A stretch of DNA of 53,452 nucleotides from Burkholderiales bacterium (GCA_039649305.1 JBBWZW010000106.1:1-53452), one strand, 5' to 3'; counted from the stretch's first letter, positions 34,097 to 44,504 are shown. The notes: generated by a model from the letters alone, not told the origin. Numbers and translations are program-made.

Positions 34097-34680
34097 CAGT
34101 CCACCGCTTTGGCATCAACCCCGCAAAACGCGAGGACCTGGTCCAGGTAGCGTTCGAAATCCGAAATACCATGATCGCTGCCTTCGATCACGCATTGCCG
34201 CGCGCCCGAATAGTGCCCCACCATTTCCCGCCAGTCGAGTACCTCGTCGCCTTTTGCGGCAACCAGGAAATAACGTTCCGGACGGGTAATGCGCTCCACT
34301 TCAAGCGCCTTCAGTTCATCAATATAGCCGCGCCTGAATTCGAATCGTTCATTCGAGTGATACAAGGTAGTGACGCCGACGTATTTTTCCAGATCGCGCG
34401 GCGGCTTGACCGCCGGGTTCAACAGCACCGCGCGGCAACCGATCTGCTCAGCCAGCCACGTTGCGTAATAACCGCCCAGCGATGATCCGATCAACGTCAC
34501 TTCGCCGGCCGGAAATTTGCCGGCAAGACCTGACGCCAACGCGACTGCCTCGCGCGGCGACGCAGGCAATTGGGGATTGATATATTCCGTGCCCCGTCCC
34601 AGCGCTGTCAGCCGTTCGCCGATCAAACGCGCTTTGAAGGACTGCGGTGACGAGCGAAACCCGTGCAGGTACAGAATCAT
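34096..34680 (-). CDS. YqiA/YcfP family alpha/beta-hydrolase esterase
   Basis: LYLHGFRSSPQS.K, GSSLGG, LNPAV, GDEVLD and GSDH. Confidence 0.92.
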   Translation of the reverse strand: MILYLHGFRSSPQSFKARLIGERLTALGRGTEYINPQLPASPREAVALASGLAGKFPAGEVTLIGSSLGGYYATWLAEQIGCRAVLLNPAVKPPRDLEKYVGVTTLYHSNERFEFRRGYIDELKALEVERITRPERYFLVAAKGDEVLDWREMVGHYSGARQCVIEGSDHGISDFERYLDQVLAFCGVDAKAVD

Positions 34681-36053
34681 CCCGGCAATGCATCCAGGAT
34701 CTTTTGATGCACGCCGCCGAAGCCGCCGTTGCTCATCACCAGGATGTGGTCTCCCGACTGTGCCGCTTGCACGATCGCCTGCACCAGTGCGTCCAGGTCG
34801 TCGAATGCACCGGCCCGGGCGCCGAGCGGCGCGAGCGCTTCACTCAGATTCCAGCCGAGCGCATCCTTGCCGCCTTTCGCGCCGTAGCCGAATACCACAT
34901 CGGCGTCGGTCAGGCTGCCGGGCAGCGCATCTTTCATGGTGCCTAGCTTCATTGTGTTAGACCGGGGCTCGAGCACGGCGAGTATACGTGCACCGCCGAT
35001 TTTCTTGCGCAGCCCCGCAACTGTCGTCGCGATTGCCGTGGGGTGATGTGCGAAATCGTCATACACGGTAACGTTGTTGACCACGCCGCGCACCTCCATA
35101 CGACGCCGGACGTTCTCGAACTTGCCGAGCGATTCGATGGCCTGCGCGACCGGCACTCCGACATGGCGTGCTGCCGCAATTGCCGCCACTGCGTTGAGGC
35201 GATTGTGTTCGCCCGTCAGCGACCATTCCACCGTGCCCTGCTTCTCACCGTTAAACAAAACGTCGAAGCTGCCGTCATCGTGGTCCTTCAGCGACCAGCC
35301 CGCATTGTCGGCGACGCCAAACCATTCTTTCTCGCTCCAGCAGCCGCGCTCAATCACGCGCCTGAGCGAATCTTCCCTGCCATTCACCACCAGCCGGCCT
35401 ACGCCCGGAACCGTGCGCACAAGATGGTGGAACTGTGTTTCGATCGCAGTCAGGTCGGGAAAGATATCCGCATGGTCGTATTCGAGGTTGTTCAGGATCG
35501 CGGTCTTCGCGCGATAATGAACAAATTTGCTGCGCTTGTCGAAAAACGCCGTGTCGTACTCGTCGGCTTCAATCACGAAAAAGCTGGAATCGACGCCTTT
35601 GCCGGACAGCCGTGCCGAGATACCGAAATTCATCGGCACGCCGCCGATCAGAAAACCCGGATGGTAGCCTGCGTCTTCGAGGATCCATGCGACCATCGAC
35701 GAGGTTGTCGTCTTGCCATGCGTGCCGGCCACCGCGAGCACCCACTTGTTCTGCAAAATATGTTCGCCGATCCATTGCGGCCCCGAGACGTAAGGCAGTC
35801 CGCGATTGAGGATTTCCTCCATCAACGGATTTCCGCGCGAGACCACATTGCCGATCACGAACAAGTCGGGTTGCAAGTTTACCTGCTCCGGACCGAAACC
35901 TTCGATGAGTTCAATCCCCTGCGCTTGAAGCTGCGTGCTCATCGGGGGATATACGTTGCTGTCGCAACCGGTGACTTTATGCCCGGCTTCTTTGGCGAGC
36001 ACTGCGAGGCCACCCATGAAGGTGCCGCAAATGCCGAGGATGTGGATATGCAT
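34677..36053 (-). CDS. mpl: UDP-MurNAc:tripeptide ligase (murein peptide ligase)
   Basis: MHIHILGICGTFMGG, AGTHGKTTT, EADEYDTAFFDKRSKF, DDFAHHPTA, EPRSNTM and MSNGGFGG. Confidence 0.97.
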   Translation of the reverse strand: MHIHILGICGTFMGGLAVLAKEAGHKVTGCDSNVYPPMSTQLQAQGIELIEGFGPEQVNLQPDLFVIGNVVSRGNPLMEEILNRGLPYVSGPQWIGEHILQNKWVLAVAGTHGKTTTSSMVAWILEDAGYHPGFLIGGVPMNFGISARLSGKGVDSSFFVIEADEYDTAFFDKRSKFVHYRAKTAILNNLEYDHADIFPDLTAIETQFHHLVRTVPGVGRLVVNGREDSLRRVIERGCWSEKEWFGVADNAGWSLKDHDDGSFDVLFNGEKQGTVEWSLTGEHNRLNAVAAIAAARHVGVPVAQAIESLGKFENVRRRMEVRGVVNNVTVYDDFAHHPTAIATTVAGLRKKIGGARILAVLEPRSNTMKLGTMKDALPGSLTDADVVFGYGAKGGKDALGWNLSEALAPLGARAGAFDDLDALVQAIVQAAQSGDHILVMSNGGFGGVHQKILDALPG

Positions 36054-36119
36054 TGTGGAAATTCAAAATAGAATACTGGGATTTTACCCGACCCTCGCCA
36101 TCGAGCCTTACCGGGTATC

Positions 36120-36743
36120 ATGAACATCATGGCTACTTACTCATCAGACCTGGAACAGTTACGGGCCGAAATCGCGGCCTCTGCCGCGCGCCTGATCGCC
36201 GAGGATGGCGCCGATTATGGCACGGCAAAACGCAAGGCTGCCAGGCAAATTCTCGGAAACGCAAAGGGTCGCGGCGAGATCATGCCCGATAATGCGCAAA
36301 TTGAAGATGAGGTGCGGATATACAATAAGCTATTCCTGAATGACAGCCAGCCGGCGCGGCTGCTGCATCTGCGAAAACTTGCGTTGCGCATGATGGAAGA
36401 ACTCGAACAGTTTTCGCCCTACCTGACCGGGGCGGTACTGAACGGCACCGCAGGCGAACACTCCGACGTCCACTTGCAATTGTTTACAGATAGTCCAAAG
36501 GACGTTCAGATTTTTTTGATCAACAAGAACGTCAACTTCGACGTGTCCGAATCGTCACACTTCAAGGGACATGGCGAGCCGGTGGAAACCGTGAGTTACA
36601 TGTGGAACAACGAAGGATTCCATCTCGCCCTGTACGCCACCGACGATGTGCGCGGCGCAGTGAGAGGCGGATCCGCCGGTCGTATAGAGCGCGCGGACAT
36701 CGACGCAGTGCGCATACTGCTGACAGAAACTGAAACAAAATGA
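36120..36743 (+). CDS. Conserved hypothetical protein with a nucleotidyltransferase-like motif
   Basis: AARLIAEDG.DY..AKRKAA N-terminus and LTGAVLNGTAGEHSDVHLQLF; ATGA-coupled to the next gene. Start may be 36129. Confidence 0.7.
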   Translation: MNIMATYSSDLEQLRAEIAASAARLIAEDGADYGTAKRKAARQILGNAKGRGEIMPDNAQIEDEVRIYNKLFLNDSQPARLLHLRKLALRMMEELEQFSPYLTGAVLNGTAGEHSDVHLQLFTDSPKDVQIFLINKNVNFDVSESSHFKGHGEPVETVSYMWNNEGFHLALYATDDVRGAVRGGSAGRIERADIDAVRILLTETETK

Positions 36744-37273
36744 AAAGAAAAACAATATTTAACGCATTAGTTATGGGTGGCGTAGGTTTGTGTTTTGCGG
36801 CCGGGGGAGCTTACCTGGGAATGCGCCAGCTTGAGCCGGCACCGGCAGAGGCGCCGGCCGTTGCCAATATGTTCTCGCAGTCGCTGGTTGATACCAGTGG
36901 CCAGGCCCAGTCATTGTCGCAATGGAAGGGCAAGGCGCTCGTCGTTAATTTCTGGGCGACGTGGTGCGCACCGTGTGTAGACGAGATGCCGGAGCTGTCC
37001 GCGCTGCAAACGGAAGTGGCGCCGTCGAATATTCAGATTCTGGGTATCGGCATCGATTCAAGCGCGAACATTGCGCAATTTGCATCAAAATACAAGATCA
37101 CCTATCCTCTCTACACCGGCGGCCTTAACGCGACAGAGCTCTCGCGCCAATTCGGAAACAAGGCCGGCGGTCTTCCTTTCACAGTACTGGTTGATCGCAA
37201 CGGCAAGGTTAAAAAAACCTACTTCGGACGGCTGAAAATGGACGAGCTGCGCAAGGACCTGGGATCACTCTGA
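36740..37273 (+). CDS. TlpA/ResA-like membrane-anchored thioredoxin
   Basis: N-terminal [19 protein letters not shown] and LPFT cis-Pro motif. Confidence 0.92.
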   Translation: MKRKTIFNALVMGGVGLCFAAGGAYLGMRQLEPAPAEAPAVANMFSQSLVDTSGQAQSLSQWKGKALVVNFWATWCAPCVDEMPELSALQTEVAPSNIQILGIGIDSSANIAQFASKYKITYPLYTGGLNATELSRQFGNKAGGLPFTVLVDRNGKVKKTYFGRLKMDELRKDLGSL

Positions 37274-37355
37274 ACCCTCCGGATATTTTTACCTTGCCAA
37301 CCAGCATCATTCGACGGCAAAATGCGCGAACCTCGTTAAACGGAACTCCATCTCG

Positions 37356-37793
37356 ATGGCAAAAAATATCCTCCTGCTCAACGGTCCCAACCTGAATCTG
37401 CTGGGTACGCGTGAGCCAGGGGTCTATGGTTCGATCAGCCTGACCGACATCGAGCGTGCCGCCACTGCCCAGGCATCGGCTGCGGGCGCGAAACTCGCCG
37501 TGTTCCAGAGTAATCACGAAGGGGCATTAATCGACCGGATCCAGGCCGCGCGTTCCGAAGGCGTGGATGCCATCGTCATCAATCCAGGCGGGCTCACCCA
37601 CACCAGCGTCGCGCTGCGCGATGCGCTGGCTGGGGTCGCCATCCCGTTTATCGAAGTACATATCTCCAATATTCATCAACGCGAAGCGTTCCGCCATCAT
37701 TCTTATTTGTCGGGCATCGCGACCGGAGTCATATGCGGCCTCGGCGCCGAAGGCTATCGCCTGGCTGTCGAGTACGCACTCAAAAATCTGTAA
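37356..37793 (+). CDS. aroQ: Type II 3-dehydroquinate dehydratase
   Basis: [35 protein letters not shown] and EVHISN. Confidence 0.97.
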   Translation: MAKNILLLNGPNLNLLGTREPGVYGSISLTDIERAATAQASAAGAKLAVFQSNHEGALIDRIQAARSEGVDAIVINPGGLTHTSVALRDALAGVAIPFIEVHISNIHQREAFRHHSYLSGIATGVICGLGAEGYRLAVEYALKNL

Positions 37794-37875
37794 GTTTCGG
37801 CATCTGCCGACAAAACGCTTATAATTGTGGCCATTTGTGCCGTGACCATTACACCAATAATGTGAGGAATTTCAT

Positions 37876-38337
37876 ATGGATCTACGAAAACTCAAGACCT
37901 TGATCGATCTGGTCGCTGAATCCGATATCGCTGAGCTCGAAGTAACAGAGGGCGAAAGCAAAGTCCGTATCGTCAAATCCTCCGCCGTCCCGCAAAGTCA
38001 GGTTGTGATGATGCAGCCGCAAGGCGCGCCGCAAAATTACGCAGCTCCTTTGCCCGCCGCCGCGCCGCAGCCGGCAGCACCCGCGGTACCGGCTGAACCG
38101 GAAGGCCACATCGTGAAATCGCCAATGGTCGGCACCTTCTACCGTTCCTCCTCACCGGGCAATCCGCCGTTTGTCGATATAGGCTCGACCGTGAAGGAAG
38201 GCGACACGCTGTGCATCATCGAAGCGATGAAACTCCTGAATGAAATCGACGCTGATGCAAGCGGCGTCATCAAGCAGATCCTGGTTGAGAATGGACAGCC
38301 GGTCGAGTTCGGCCAGCCGCTGTTCGTGATCGGTTAA
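37876..38337 (+). CDS. accB: Acetyl-CoA carboxylase biotin carboxyl carrier protein
   Basis: [13 protein letters not shown], Pro/Ala linker, SPMVGTFY and EAMK biotinylation motif; GAGGA SD. Confidence 0.98.
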   Translation: MDLRKLKTLIDLVAESDIAELEVTEGESKVRIVKSSAVPQSQVVMMQPQGAPQNYAAPLPAAAPQPAAPAVPAEPEGHIVKSPMVGTFYRSSSPGNPPFVDIGSTVKEGDTLCIIEAMKLLNEIDADASGVIKQILVENGQPVEFGQPLFVIG

Positions 38338-38421
38338 GTGTTCGTGTCCGGCACGTCCTGCGCCCTGCAAGTCGTGCCCACTGCCCAAGGCTGACCCTTA
38401 ACTCTTCACCTTCTCCCAAAC

Positions 38422-39792
38422 ATGTTCGAAAAAATCCTTATTGCCAATCGCGGTGAAATTGCATTGCGCATACAGCGCGCATGCCGCGAGATGGGCATCA
38501 AAACCGTGGTCGTCCATTCCGAGGCGGACCGTGAAGCAAAATATGTAAAGCTGGCTGACGAGTCAGTCTGTATTGGCCCGCCGCCTTCCGCGCTGAGTTA
38601 CCTCAATATGCCGGCCATTATCAGCGCGGCGGAAGTCACCGATGCCGAGGCGATTCATCCAGGCTATGGCTTCCTTTCCGAAAACGCCGACTTCGCCGAG
38701 CGCGTCGAAAAATCCGGGTTCGTCTTCATCGGCCCGCGTCCCGAATCGATACGCCTGATGGGCGACAAGGTGTCGGCCAAGCACGCGATGATCAAGGCGG
38801 GCGTGCCCTGCGTGCCTGGTTCCGAAGGCGCATTGCCGGATGATCCGAAAGAAGTCATTCGCATCGCGCGCAAGGTCGGCTATCCGGTCATCATCAAGGC
38901 ATCCGGCGGCGGCGGCGGACGTGGCATGCGCGTGGTCCACACCGAGGCAGCGTTGTTGAATGCGGTGACGATGACCAAGACCGAAGCCGGTGCGGCCTTC
39001 GGCAACCCGGAAGTCTATATGGAGAAATACCTGGAAAATCCGCGCCATGTGGAAATCCAGGTCCTTGCGGATGAATTCAAGAACGCCGTTTGGCTCGGCG
39101 AGCGCGATTGCTCGATGCAACGCCGCCACCAGAAAGTGATCGAGGAAGCGCCGGCGCCAGGCATTCCGCGCAAATTGATTGAACGCATCGGCGACCGTTG
39201 CGCCGAAGCCTGCCGCAAGATCGGCTATCGCGGCGCCGGCACTTTCGAATTCCTGTACGAAAACGGCGAGTTTTATTTCATCGAAATGAACACCCGTATC
39301 CAGGTCGAACATCCGGTGACGGAAATGATTACCGGCGTCGATCTCGTGCAAGAACAGATCCGCGTTGCCGCTGGTGAAAAGCTGCGCTTCCGCCAGCGCG
39401 ATATCGAACTCACCGGTCATGCGATCGAGTGCCGCATCAACGCCGAAGACCCGTTCAAGTTTACGCCTTCCCCCGGAAAAATCATTTCCTGGCATGCGCC
39501 CGGCGGCCCCGGCATCCGCGTCGATTCGCATGCTTATGCCGGCTACTTCGTGCCACCAACTTACGATTCGATGGTCGGCAAGGTGATTGCCTACGGTGCA
39601 AACCGCGAACAGGCAATCCGCCGAATGCAGATCGCGCTGTCCGAAATGGTAGTTGAAGGCATCCAGACCAACATTCCGCTGCACCGCGAATTGATGGTCG
39701 ATGCGCGCTTCATTGAAGGCGGCACCAACATCCACTATCTTGAACAGAAGCTAGCTGCGAAGCCGGATCTGCCCAAGGGCAAAGCCAAATAG
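38422..39792 (+). CDS. accC: Biotin carboxylase
   Basis: [37 protein letters not shown] and [10 protein letters not shown]. Confidence 0.98.
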   Translation: MFEKILIANRGEIALRIQRACREMGIKTVVVHSEADREAKYVKLADESVCIGPPPSALSYLNMPAIISAAEVTDAEAIHPGYGFLSENADFAERVEKSGFVFIGPRPESIRLMGDKVSAKHAMIKAGVPCVPGSEGALPDDPKEVIRIARKVGYPVIIKASGGGGGRGMRVVHTEAALLNAVTMTKTEAGAAFGNPEVYMEKYLENPRHVEIQVLADEFKNAVWLGERDCSMQRRHQKVIEEAPAPGIPRKLIERIGDRCAEACRKIGYRGAGTFEFLYENGEFYFIEMNTRIQVEHPVTEMITGVDLVQEQIRVAAGEKLRFRQRDIELTGHAIECRINAEDPFKFTPSPGKIISWHAPGGPGIRVDSHAYAGYFVPPTYDSMVGKVIAYGANREQAIRRMQIALSEMVVEGIQTNIPLHRELMVDARFIEGGTNIHYLEQKLAAKPDLPKGKAK

Positions 39793-39808
39793 TTAAGGCG
39801 CATCACGC

Positions 39809-40723
39809 ATGAGCTGGACTGAAATCGTCATCGAAGTAGCCCGCGATCATGCGGAAGCGCTGTCCGATGCATTAATGGACGCGGGCGCGCTCTCGGTATC
39901 GGTTGAAGATGCCGACGAGGGCACCGAGGCGGAGCAGCCGTTGTTCGGCGAACCCGGCATGGAGCCGAAAGAAGCCGCGTGGGAACGCAGCCGCGTGGTG
40001 GCGCTCGCCGCGGCCGACGCAGACCATGCCGCCATCGTCGCGGAAGCGGCCGCAGCGATAGAACTGGCGGCAGCGCCCGCCTACACGCTGCGCCCTGTTG
40101 AAGAGCAGGACTGGGTGCGCCTGACGCAATCCCAGTTCGACCCTATCCATATCGGGAAGAACATATGGGTAGTGCCGAGCTGGCACGACGCACCGGACCC
40201 TGGCGGCCTGATACTCGAGCTCGATCCTGGCCTTGCCTTTGGCACCGGCAGCCACCCGACCACTCGCCTGTGCATGGAATGGCTGGAAGCCAATCCGCCA
40301 CTCGAAGCGTCGGTGCTCGATTACGGCTGCGGCTCGGGGATACTCGCGATGGTCGCAAAGAAACTCGGCGCCGCGCAGGTGTCGGGGGTCGATATCGATC
40401 CGCAGGCGATCGAGTCGGCTCGCTACAACAGTGAGCGCAACCGATGCGAAATCGACTACTATTTGCCGGAAGAATTCGGTCACTCCCCGCAACCGGCATT
40501 ATTCGATATCGTGGTCGCAAACATATTGTCCAGTCCGTTGAAACTGATGGCGCCGATGCTGTCGTCCCGTGTTGCCCCCGGCGGCTCCCTGGTCCTGTCC
40601 GGCATCCTGGTCCGCCAGGCCGATGAGGTCGCTGCCGCTTACGCGCCCTTCATCAAGCTGTCAGTGTCGGCGGAACACGATGGCTGGGTAGTGCTGGCCG
40701 GTCAGTCGGGCAGCACCCAGTAA
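39809..40723 (+). CDS. prmA: Ribosomal protein L11 methyltransferase
   Basis: [34 protein letters not shown] and LSGIL. Confidence 0.96.
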   Translation: MSWTEIVIEVARDHAEALSDALMDAGALSVSVEDADEGTEAEQPLFGEPGMEPKEAAWERSRVVALAAADADHAAIVAEAAAAIELAAAPAYTLRPVEEQDWVRLTQSQFDPIHIGKNIWVVPSWHDAPDPGGLILELDPGLAFGTGSHPTTRLCMEWLEANPPLEASVLDYGCGSGILAMVAKKLGAAQVSGVDIDPQAIESARYNSERNRCEIDYYLPEEFGHSPQPALFDIVVANILSSPLKLMAPMLSSRVAPGGSLVLSGILVRQADEVAAAYAPFIKLSVSAEHDGWVVLAGQSGSTQ

Positions 40724-40728
40724 CGGTA

Positions 40729-41838
40729 ATGGCGCTCGCGACCCGCTGCCCTCATTGCAAGACCACATTCAGGGTCGCGAACGACCAGCTGAAGCTGCGT
40801 GCCGGACTGGTGCGCTGCGGAGCCTGCAAGGAAATTTTCAACGGGATCGAGCACTTGCTGCGGCCCGACGCGCTGGAGAAGCCCACTGCTCCCGCACCTG
40901 TTGCGGAAACCCCGGCTCCTCCCAAAGAAACCACTGGTCCCGCCGGCCCGACTGAAGAGTCGCGCGACCTAGCGTCTTTCCTGACGCCCCGTCCAGCCGC
41001 CGAGGCGAAGGACGCCGAACCCGCCACGGCCGACACCGAGGAGCGGCAGCCGCCCACGCCGCCCGATCCCACACCCATGAGTCCAGTGAACGATCCGCTG
41101 CAGCGCATGACGCTGATGGACTTCTCCTATGTCGACGATGAATCTGCGGAAGAAGGTGCGGCCCCGGCGAAACGCCAGCCGCAACCCGAACCAGATCCAA
41201 ATGAACCCGATCCGCTGGAAGAAGCGATCGAAGCCTTGCAGCGCAAACCTCTGCGCGGCGCGAAGAAGTCGAGCAAGTACAAGAGCGCGCGTTCAGCGGT
41301 GGACGACGAGCTGGACGAACCGACCTTCGTCACCCAGGGCCGGCGACGCGAAAGCATGGGCCGCACATTGCAGGCGGGCATGGCTATCGGCACTGCCGTC
41401 TTGCTGGTGACCCTGTTCCTACAAAGCACCTACGCGTTCCGTACCCAGCTGGCTGTCTGGTTCCCTAAAGCGAAGCCGGCGCTGGACCGCACTTGCGCAA
41501 TCCTGCATTGCCAGGTGGGTTTGCCGGCGCAAATTGAGTCGGTGTCCATCGAGTCGAGCGAATTGCAGGCTGTGGCTCCCGAGAAAAACGCCTTCTCCCT
41601 GACGTTCCTCCTGCGCAACCATAGCGCGACAGCCCAATCCTGGCCGAACCTGGAGCTGACGCTGAATGACGCCAACGAAAAGCCGATCGCACGACGGGTT
41701 TTCACACCCGCGGACTATCTCGGTACGCAACAGGACCTGACAGGATTTGCCGCGAAGTCCGAGCAATCGTTTAAATTATTCTTCGAATTGTCGGAGATAA
41801 AGGCGTCCGGATACCGGGTCTATCTGTTTTATCCTTAA
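40729..41838 (+). CDS. Zinc-ribbon plus DUF3426 membrane protein
   Basis: N-terminal CPHC...VRCGAC, Pro/Glu-rich linker, one TM segment and C-terminal LRNH....Q.WP.LELTL...YRVYLFYP. Confidence 0.85.
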   Translation: MALATRCPHCKTTFRVANDQLKLRAGLVRCGACKEIFNGIEHLLRPDALEKPTAPAPVAETPAPPKETTGPAGPTEESRDLASFLTPRPAAEAKDAEPATADTEERQPPTPPDPTPMSPVNDPLQRMTLMDFSYVDDESAEEGAAPAKRQPQPEPDPNEPDPLEEAIEALQRKPLRGAKKSSKYKSARSAVDDELDEPTFVTQGRRRESMGRTLQAGMAIGTAVLLVTLFLQSTYAFRTQLAVWFPKAKPALDRTCAILHCQVGLPAQIESVSIESSELQAVAPEKNAFSLTFLLRNHSATAQSWPNLELTLNDANEKPIARRVFTPADYLGTQQDLTGFAAKSEQSFKLFFELSEIKASGYRVYLFYP

Positions 41839-41957
41839 GGGCCCGCGCAGTAATAAGTTGTTCATTTTGGCGATCGTAGCGGGATGTAATGCCAGGGGGC
41901 CGCCTAGGTGCGCCCGCTACGGCCAGCAAAAATGACAACTTAATGTTGCGTGGGTCC
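41839..41957. repeat. 119-bp imperfect inverted-repeat element flanked by TAA (MITE-like or structured RNA)
   Basis: Arms 41839-41883 and 41913-41957 are complementary; TAA at 41836-41838 and 41958-41960. Confidence 0.6.
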
Positions 41958-42016
41958 TAAGTTTCAACCGGCCCGACGGCCGCCACGTTTCCCTTTTACT
42001 TATCCGGTGCTCATCC

Positions 42017-42949
42017 ATGACATCCTTAATTTGCGGCTCGCTAGCTTTCGATTCCATCATGTCGTTCGGGGGACGTTTTTCCGAAGCGCTGCTGGCGGAT
42101 CAACTTCACAAGATCAATGTCGCATTCCTGGTTCCGGAAATGCGCAAGGAGTTTGGCGGCTGCGCAGGCAACATCGCATACAACCTGAAATTACTTGGCG
42201 GTGATCCGCTGATCATGGCCACCATAGGCCAGGATGGTGCACCCTATCTCAGCCGACTCGACAGCCTGCAGATTTCCAGGCGCTGCATCCGGACCATCGA
42301 CTCATCCTATACCGCGCAGGCTTTCATCACGACCGACGCGGACAGCAACCAGATCACCGCGTTTCACCCGGGCGCGATGACGATGTCCCATCAAAACAAG
42401 ATCGCCGACGCCGGAGCGGTGAAACTGGCGATCGTGGCGCCGGATGGGCGCGACGGCATGTTGCAGCATGCGGAACACTGCGCATCGCTGGGTGTGCCTT
42501 TCATCTTCGATCCGGGCCAGGGTCTGCCGATGTTCAATGGTGCGGAACTGGAACACTTCATTGAACTCGCTACTTATGTGGCGGTCAATGATTACGAAGC
42601 GGAGTTGCTCACCGGACGCACCGGGTTGACTCTGGAAGCGATCGCGCAACGCGTATCGGCATTGATCGTCACGCGCGGCGAACAAGGGGCGGAGATTTTA
42701 ACCGATGGCCAACGCGTTGATATCCCGTGCGTGCAGGCCGACAGGGTGGTCGATCCAACCGGCTGCGGGGACGCCTTCCGTGCCGGGGTGCTGTACGGCC
42801 TGACCAACGGCATGGACTGGGCGACAACCGGCCGCCTGTCCAGTCTGCTCGGCGCGATCAAGATCGCGCACCAGGGCGCGCAGAACCATGCGCCGACACG
42901 CACTGAAATCGAAGACCGGTTCCAGAAGGCGTTCGGCTACCGTTTTTAG
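42017..42949 (+). CDS. PfkB-family carbohydrate/nucleoside kinase (adenosine kinase-like)
   Basis: GSLAFD, FGGCAGNIAY, NQITAFHPGAM, FDPGQ, NDYE and DPTGCGDAFRAG. Confidence 0.9.
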   Translation: MTSLICGSLAFDSIMSFGGRFSEALLADQLHKINVAFLVPEMRKEFGGCAGNIAYNLKLLGGDPLIMATIGQDGAPYLSRLDSLQISRRCIRTIDSSYTAQAFITTDADSNQITAFHPGAMTMSHQNKIADAGAVKLAIVAPDGRDGMLQHAEHCASLGVPFIFDPGQGLPMFNGAELEHFIELATYVAVNDYEAELLTGRTGLTLEAIAQRVSALIVTRGEQGAEILTDGQRVDIPCVQADRVVDPTGCGDAFRAGVLYGLTNGMDWATTGRLSSLLGAIKIAHQGAQNHAPTRTEIEDRFQKAFGYRF

Positions 42950-42973
42950 TCTGCAGGCCCATAAAGGATCGAT

Positions 42974-43447
42974 ATGCCTGTTGTACCCGTGATTGCGTCT
43001 TTTTCCGCAGCCGCCATATTGGCATTGGGCGTGGCAGGCTGTGCGACGCATCAACCGACAACATCGTCAACGCAAGGAACGACATTGGTAGAGACCGGTG
43101 AAGTCACCCAAGTGCGTGACGTTTCGGTCAGCGGTGGCAGGACTTCAGGAGTCGGTTCATTCGTCGGCAGCGTGGTGGGCGCCATCGCCGGCAGCAACAT
43201 CGGCGGTGGATACGGACGCACCGCTGCAGCCATCGGCGGCACGGTAGCGGGCGGAGTGGCCGGGCAGCGGGTCGAACAATCCGGCTCCGGCAGCAGGTTC
43301 ACTGAACTGACGGTGCGCTTTCCCAATGGCGATGTGAGGATTTATAACGTGGATCCGAGCGAGAACTATCGAATCGGGGACACGGTTCAGGTAAGCGCAA
43401 GCCAAGGCACTACCCGAGTTTTACGCCAGCCGGCACGCACGCAATAA
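42974..43447 (+). CDS. Glycine-zipper 2TM lipoprotein (SlyB-like)
   Basis: Lipobox VAGC and glycine zipper GSVVGAIAGSNIGGGYG...GTVAGGVAG. Confidence 0.85.
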   Translation: MPVVPVIASFSAAAILALGVAGCATHQPTTSSTQGTTLVETGEVTQVRDVSVSGGRTSGVGSFVGSVVGAIAGSNIGGGYGRTAAAIGGTVAGGVAGQRVEQSGSGSRFTELTVRFPNGDVRIYNVDPSENYRIGDTVQVSASQGTTRVLRQPARTQ

Positions 43448-43476
43448 ACCGTACGCGGCAATTTCCATTGATCCTT

Positions 43477-43516
43477 CAGCAAATGGATGACAACTGTGGT
43501 TGTCATCCATTTGCTG
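43477..43516. terminator. Perfect 18-bp hairpin between convergent genes
   Basis: CAGCAAATGGATGACAAC-TGTG-GTTGTCATCCATTTGCTG; no canonical U tract. Confidence 0.55.
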
Positions 43517-43527
43517 TTGATCGCTCA

Positions 43528-43561
43528 CCTCTCCCCAGGGGAGAGGGGTTGGGGGTGAGGG
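43528..43561 (-). repeat. REP-like palindromic unit
   Basis: Minus strand reads CCCTCACCCCCAACCCCTCTCCCCTGGGGAGAGG, like the CCCTCACCC..CCCTCTCCC-N-GGGAGAGG extragenic palindromes of proteobacteria; only one copy seen here. Confidence 0.6.
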
Positions 43562-43597
43562 ACTGAACTTTTATTCTGTCACACACCTACTAAAAGC

Positions 43598-43948
43598 TCA
43601 GTACGCCGGAAACTTCTCAGGAACAGGCGGCGAAAGCTCTCCGCCGCTGCCTTGAACGAGAGCCTGCCGTACATCCTCAACAATGAGCCGACTCGTCCTG
43701 ATTTCAATGACCTTGCGCTTGCTCGTCAGGCCGTGAGTAATATCTACTGCGGACTTTGCCACGTTGAGGGTATCGGCGAGGTAACGGATCAATGCTTCAT
43801 TCGCCTTCCCGTCGATCGGTTGAGCTTGCAGCCGTATCTTCAGAGAGTCATCCAGCACGCCGATCACTTCGGTCTTCTTCGCATTCGGCGTGATTTGCAG
43901 GGCCAGGCGTATGCCGGCCGGTACTGCCGAACACCAGTCTCTCGTCAT
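43598..43948 (-). CDS. DUF167/YggU family protein
   Basis: ITPNAKK, LKIRLQAQPIDGKANEALI and I.HG.TSKRK; overlaps the yggT stop. Confidence 0.9.
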   Translation of the reverse strand: MTRDWCSAVPAGIRLALQITPNAKKTEVIGVLDDSLKIRLQAQPIDGKANEALIRYLADTLNVAKSAVDITHGLTSKRKVIEIRTSRLIVEDVRQALVQGSGGELSPPVPEKFPAY

Positions 43949-44487
43949 GCAATCGAAGTCACGAATGCGGTAACGAGCCGAAGCGCAATCTGCAACAAAA
44001 TCAGCGCAACCAGCGGCGACAGATCGATGCCGCCGATCAGCGGAATGATACGGCGCAATGGCCGCATCAGCGGTTCATTCAGCGCGGCGATGAACGGAGC
44101 AAGCGGCGCATGCGGATTCACCCAGCTGAAGATGGCTTCGATGATGATCAGTCCCATGAAGCCATAAAGCACCCATTCAAACAAGCGCAACAGGGATAAC
44201 AGGACCAGGAACTCGGCTGAGAACGCGTACGCCGATAGCAGGTTGATCGCGATCGACGCAACGATCACGAGAATGGCGCCAATCAGGCTGGCCCAATCGT
44301 ATCCGCCAACACCTGGCAACAATCGCCGCAAAGGTTTGACGAGCCAGTCGGTCAGTTTATAAATGAATTGACCGAGCGCGTTCGGCGGCCGGACCCGGAC
44401 GACCTGCATCCAGAAGCGCAACAACAATATGCCGCCCAGCAGTCCGGCGACGGTATCGACTATCAGCGTAAAAATACTATGCAGCAC
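43945..44487 (-). CDS. YggT family membrane protein
   Basis: LTDWLVKPLRRLLP...GYD and SWVNP...EPLMRPLRRIIP.IGGIDLSP duplicated YGGT motifs; GTG start after GGAGAG. Confidence 0.92.
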   Translation of the reverse strand: MLHSIFTLIVDTVAGLLGGILLLRFWMQVVRVRPPNALGQFIYKLTDWLVKPLRRLLPGVGGYDWASLIGAILVIVASIAINLLSAYAFSAEFLVLLSLLRLFEWVLYGFMGLIIIEAIFSWVNPHAPLAPFIAALNEPLMRPLRRIIPLIGGIDLSPLVALILLQIALRLVTAFVTSIA

Positions 44488-44504
44488 CGTGTACTCTCCA
44501 AATT

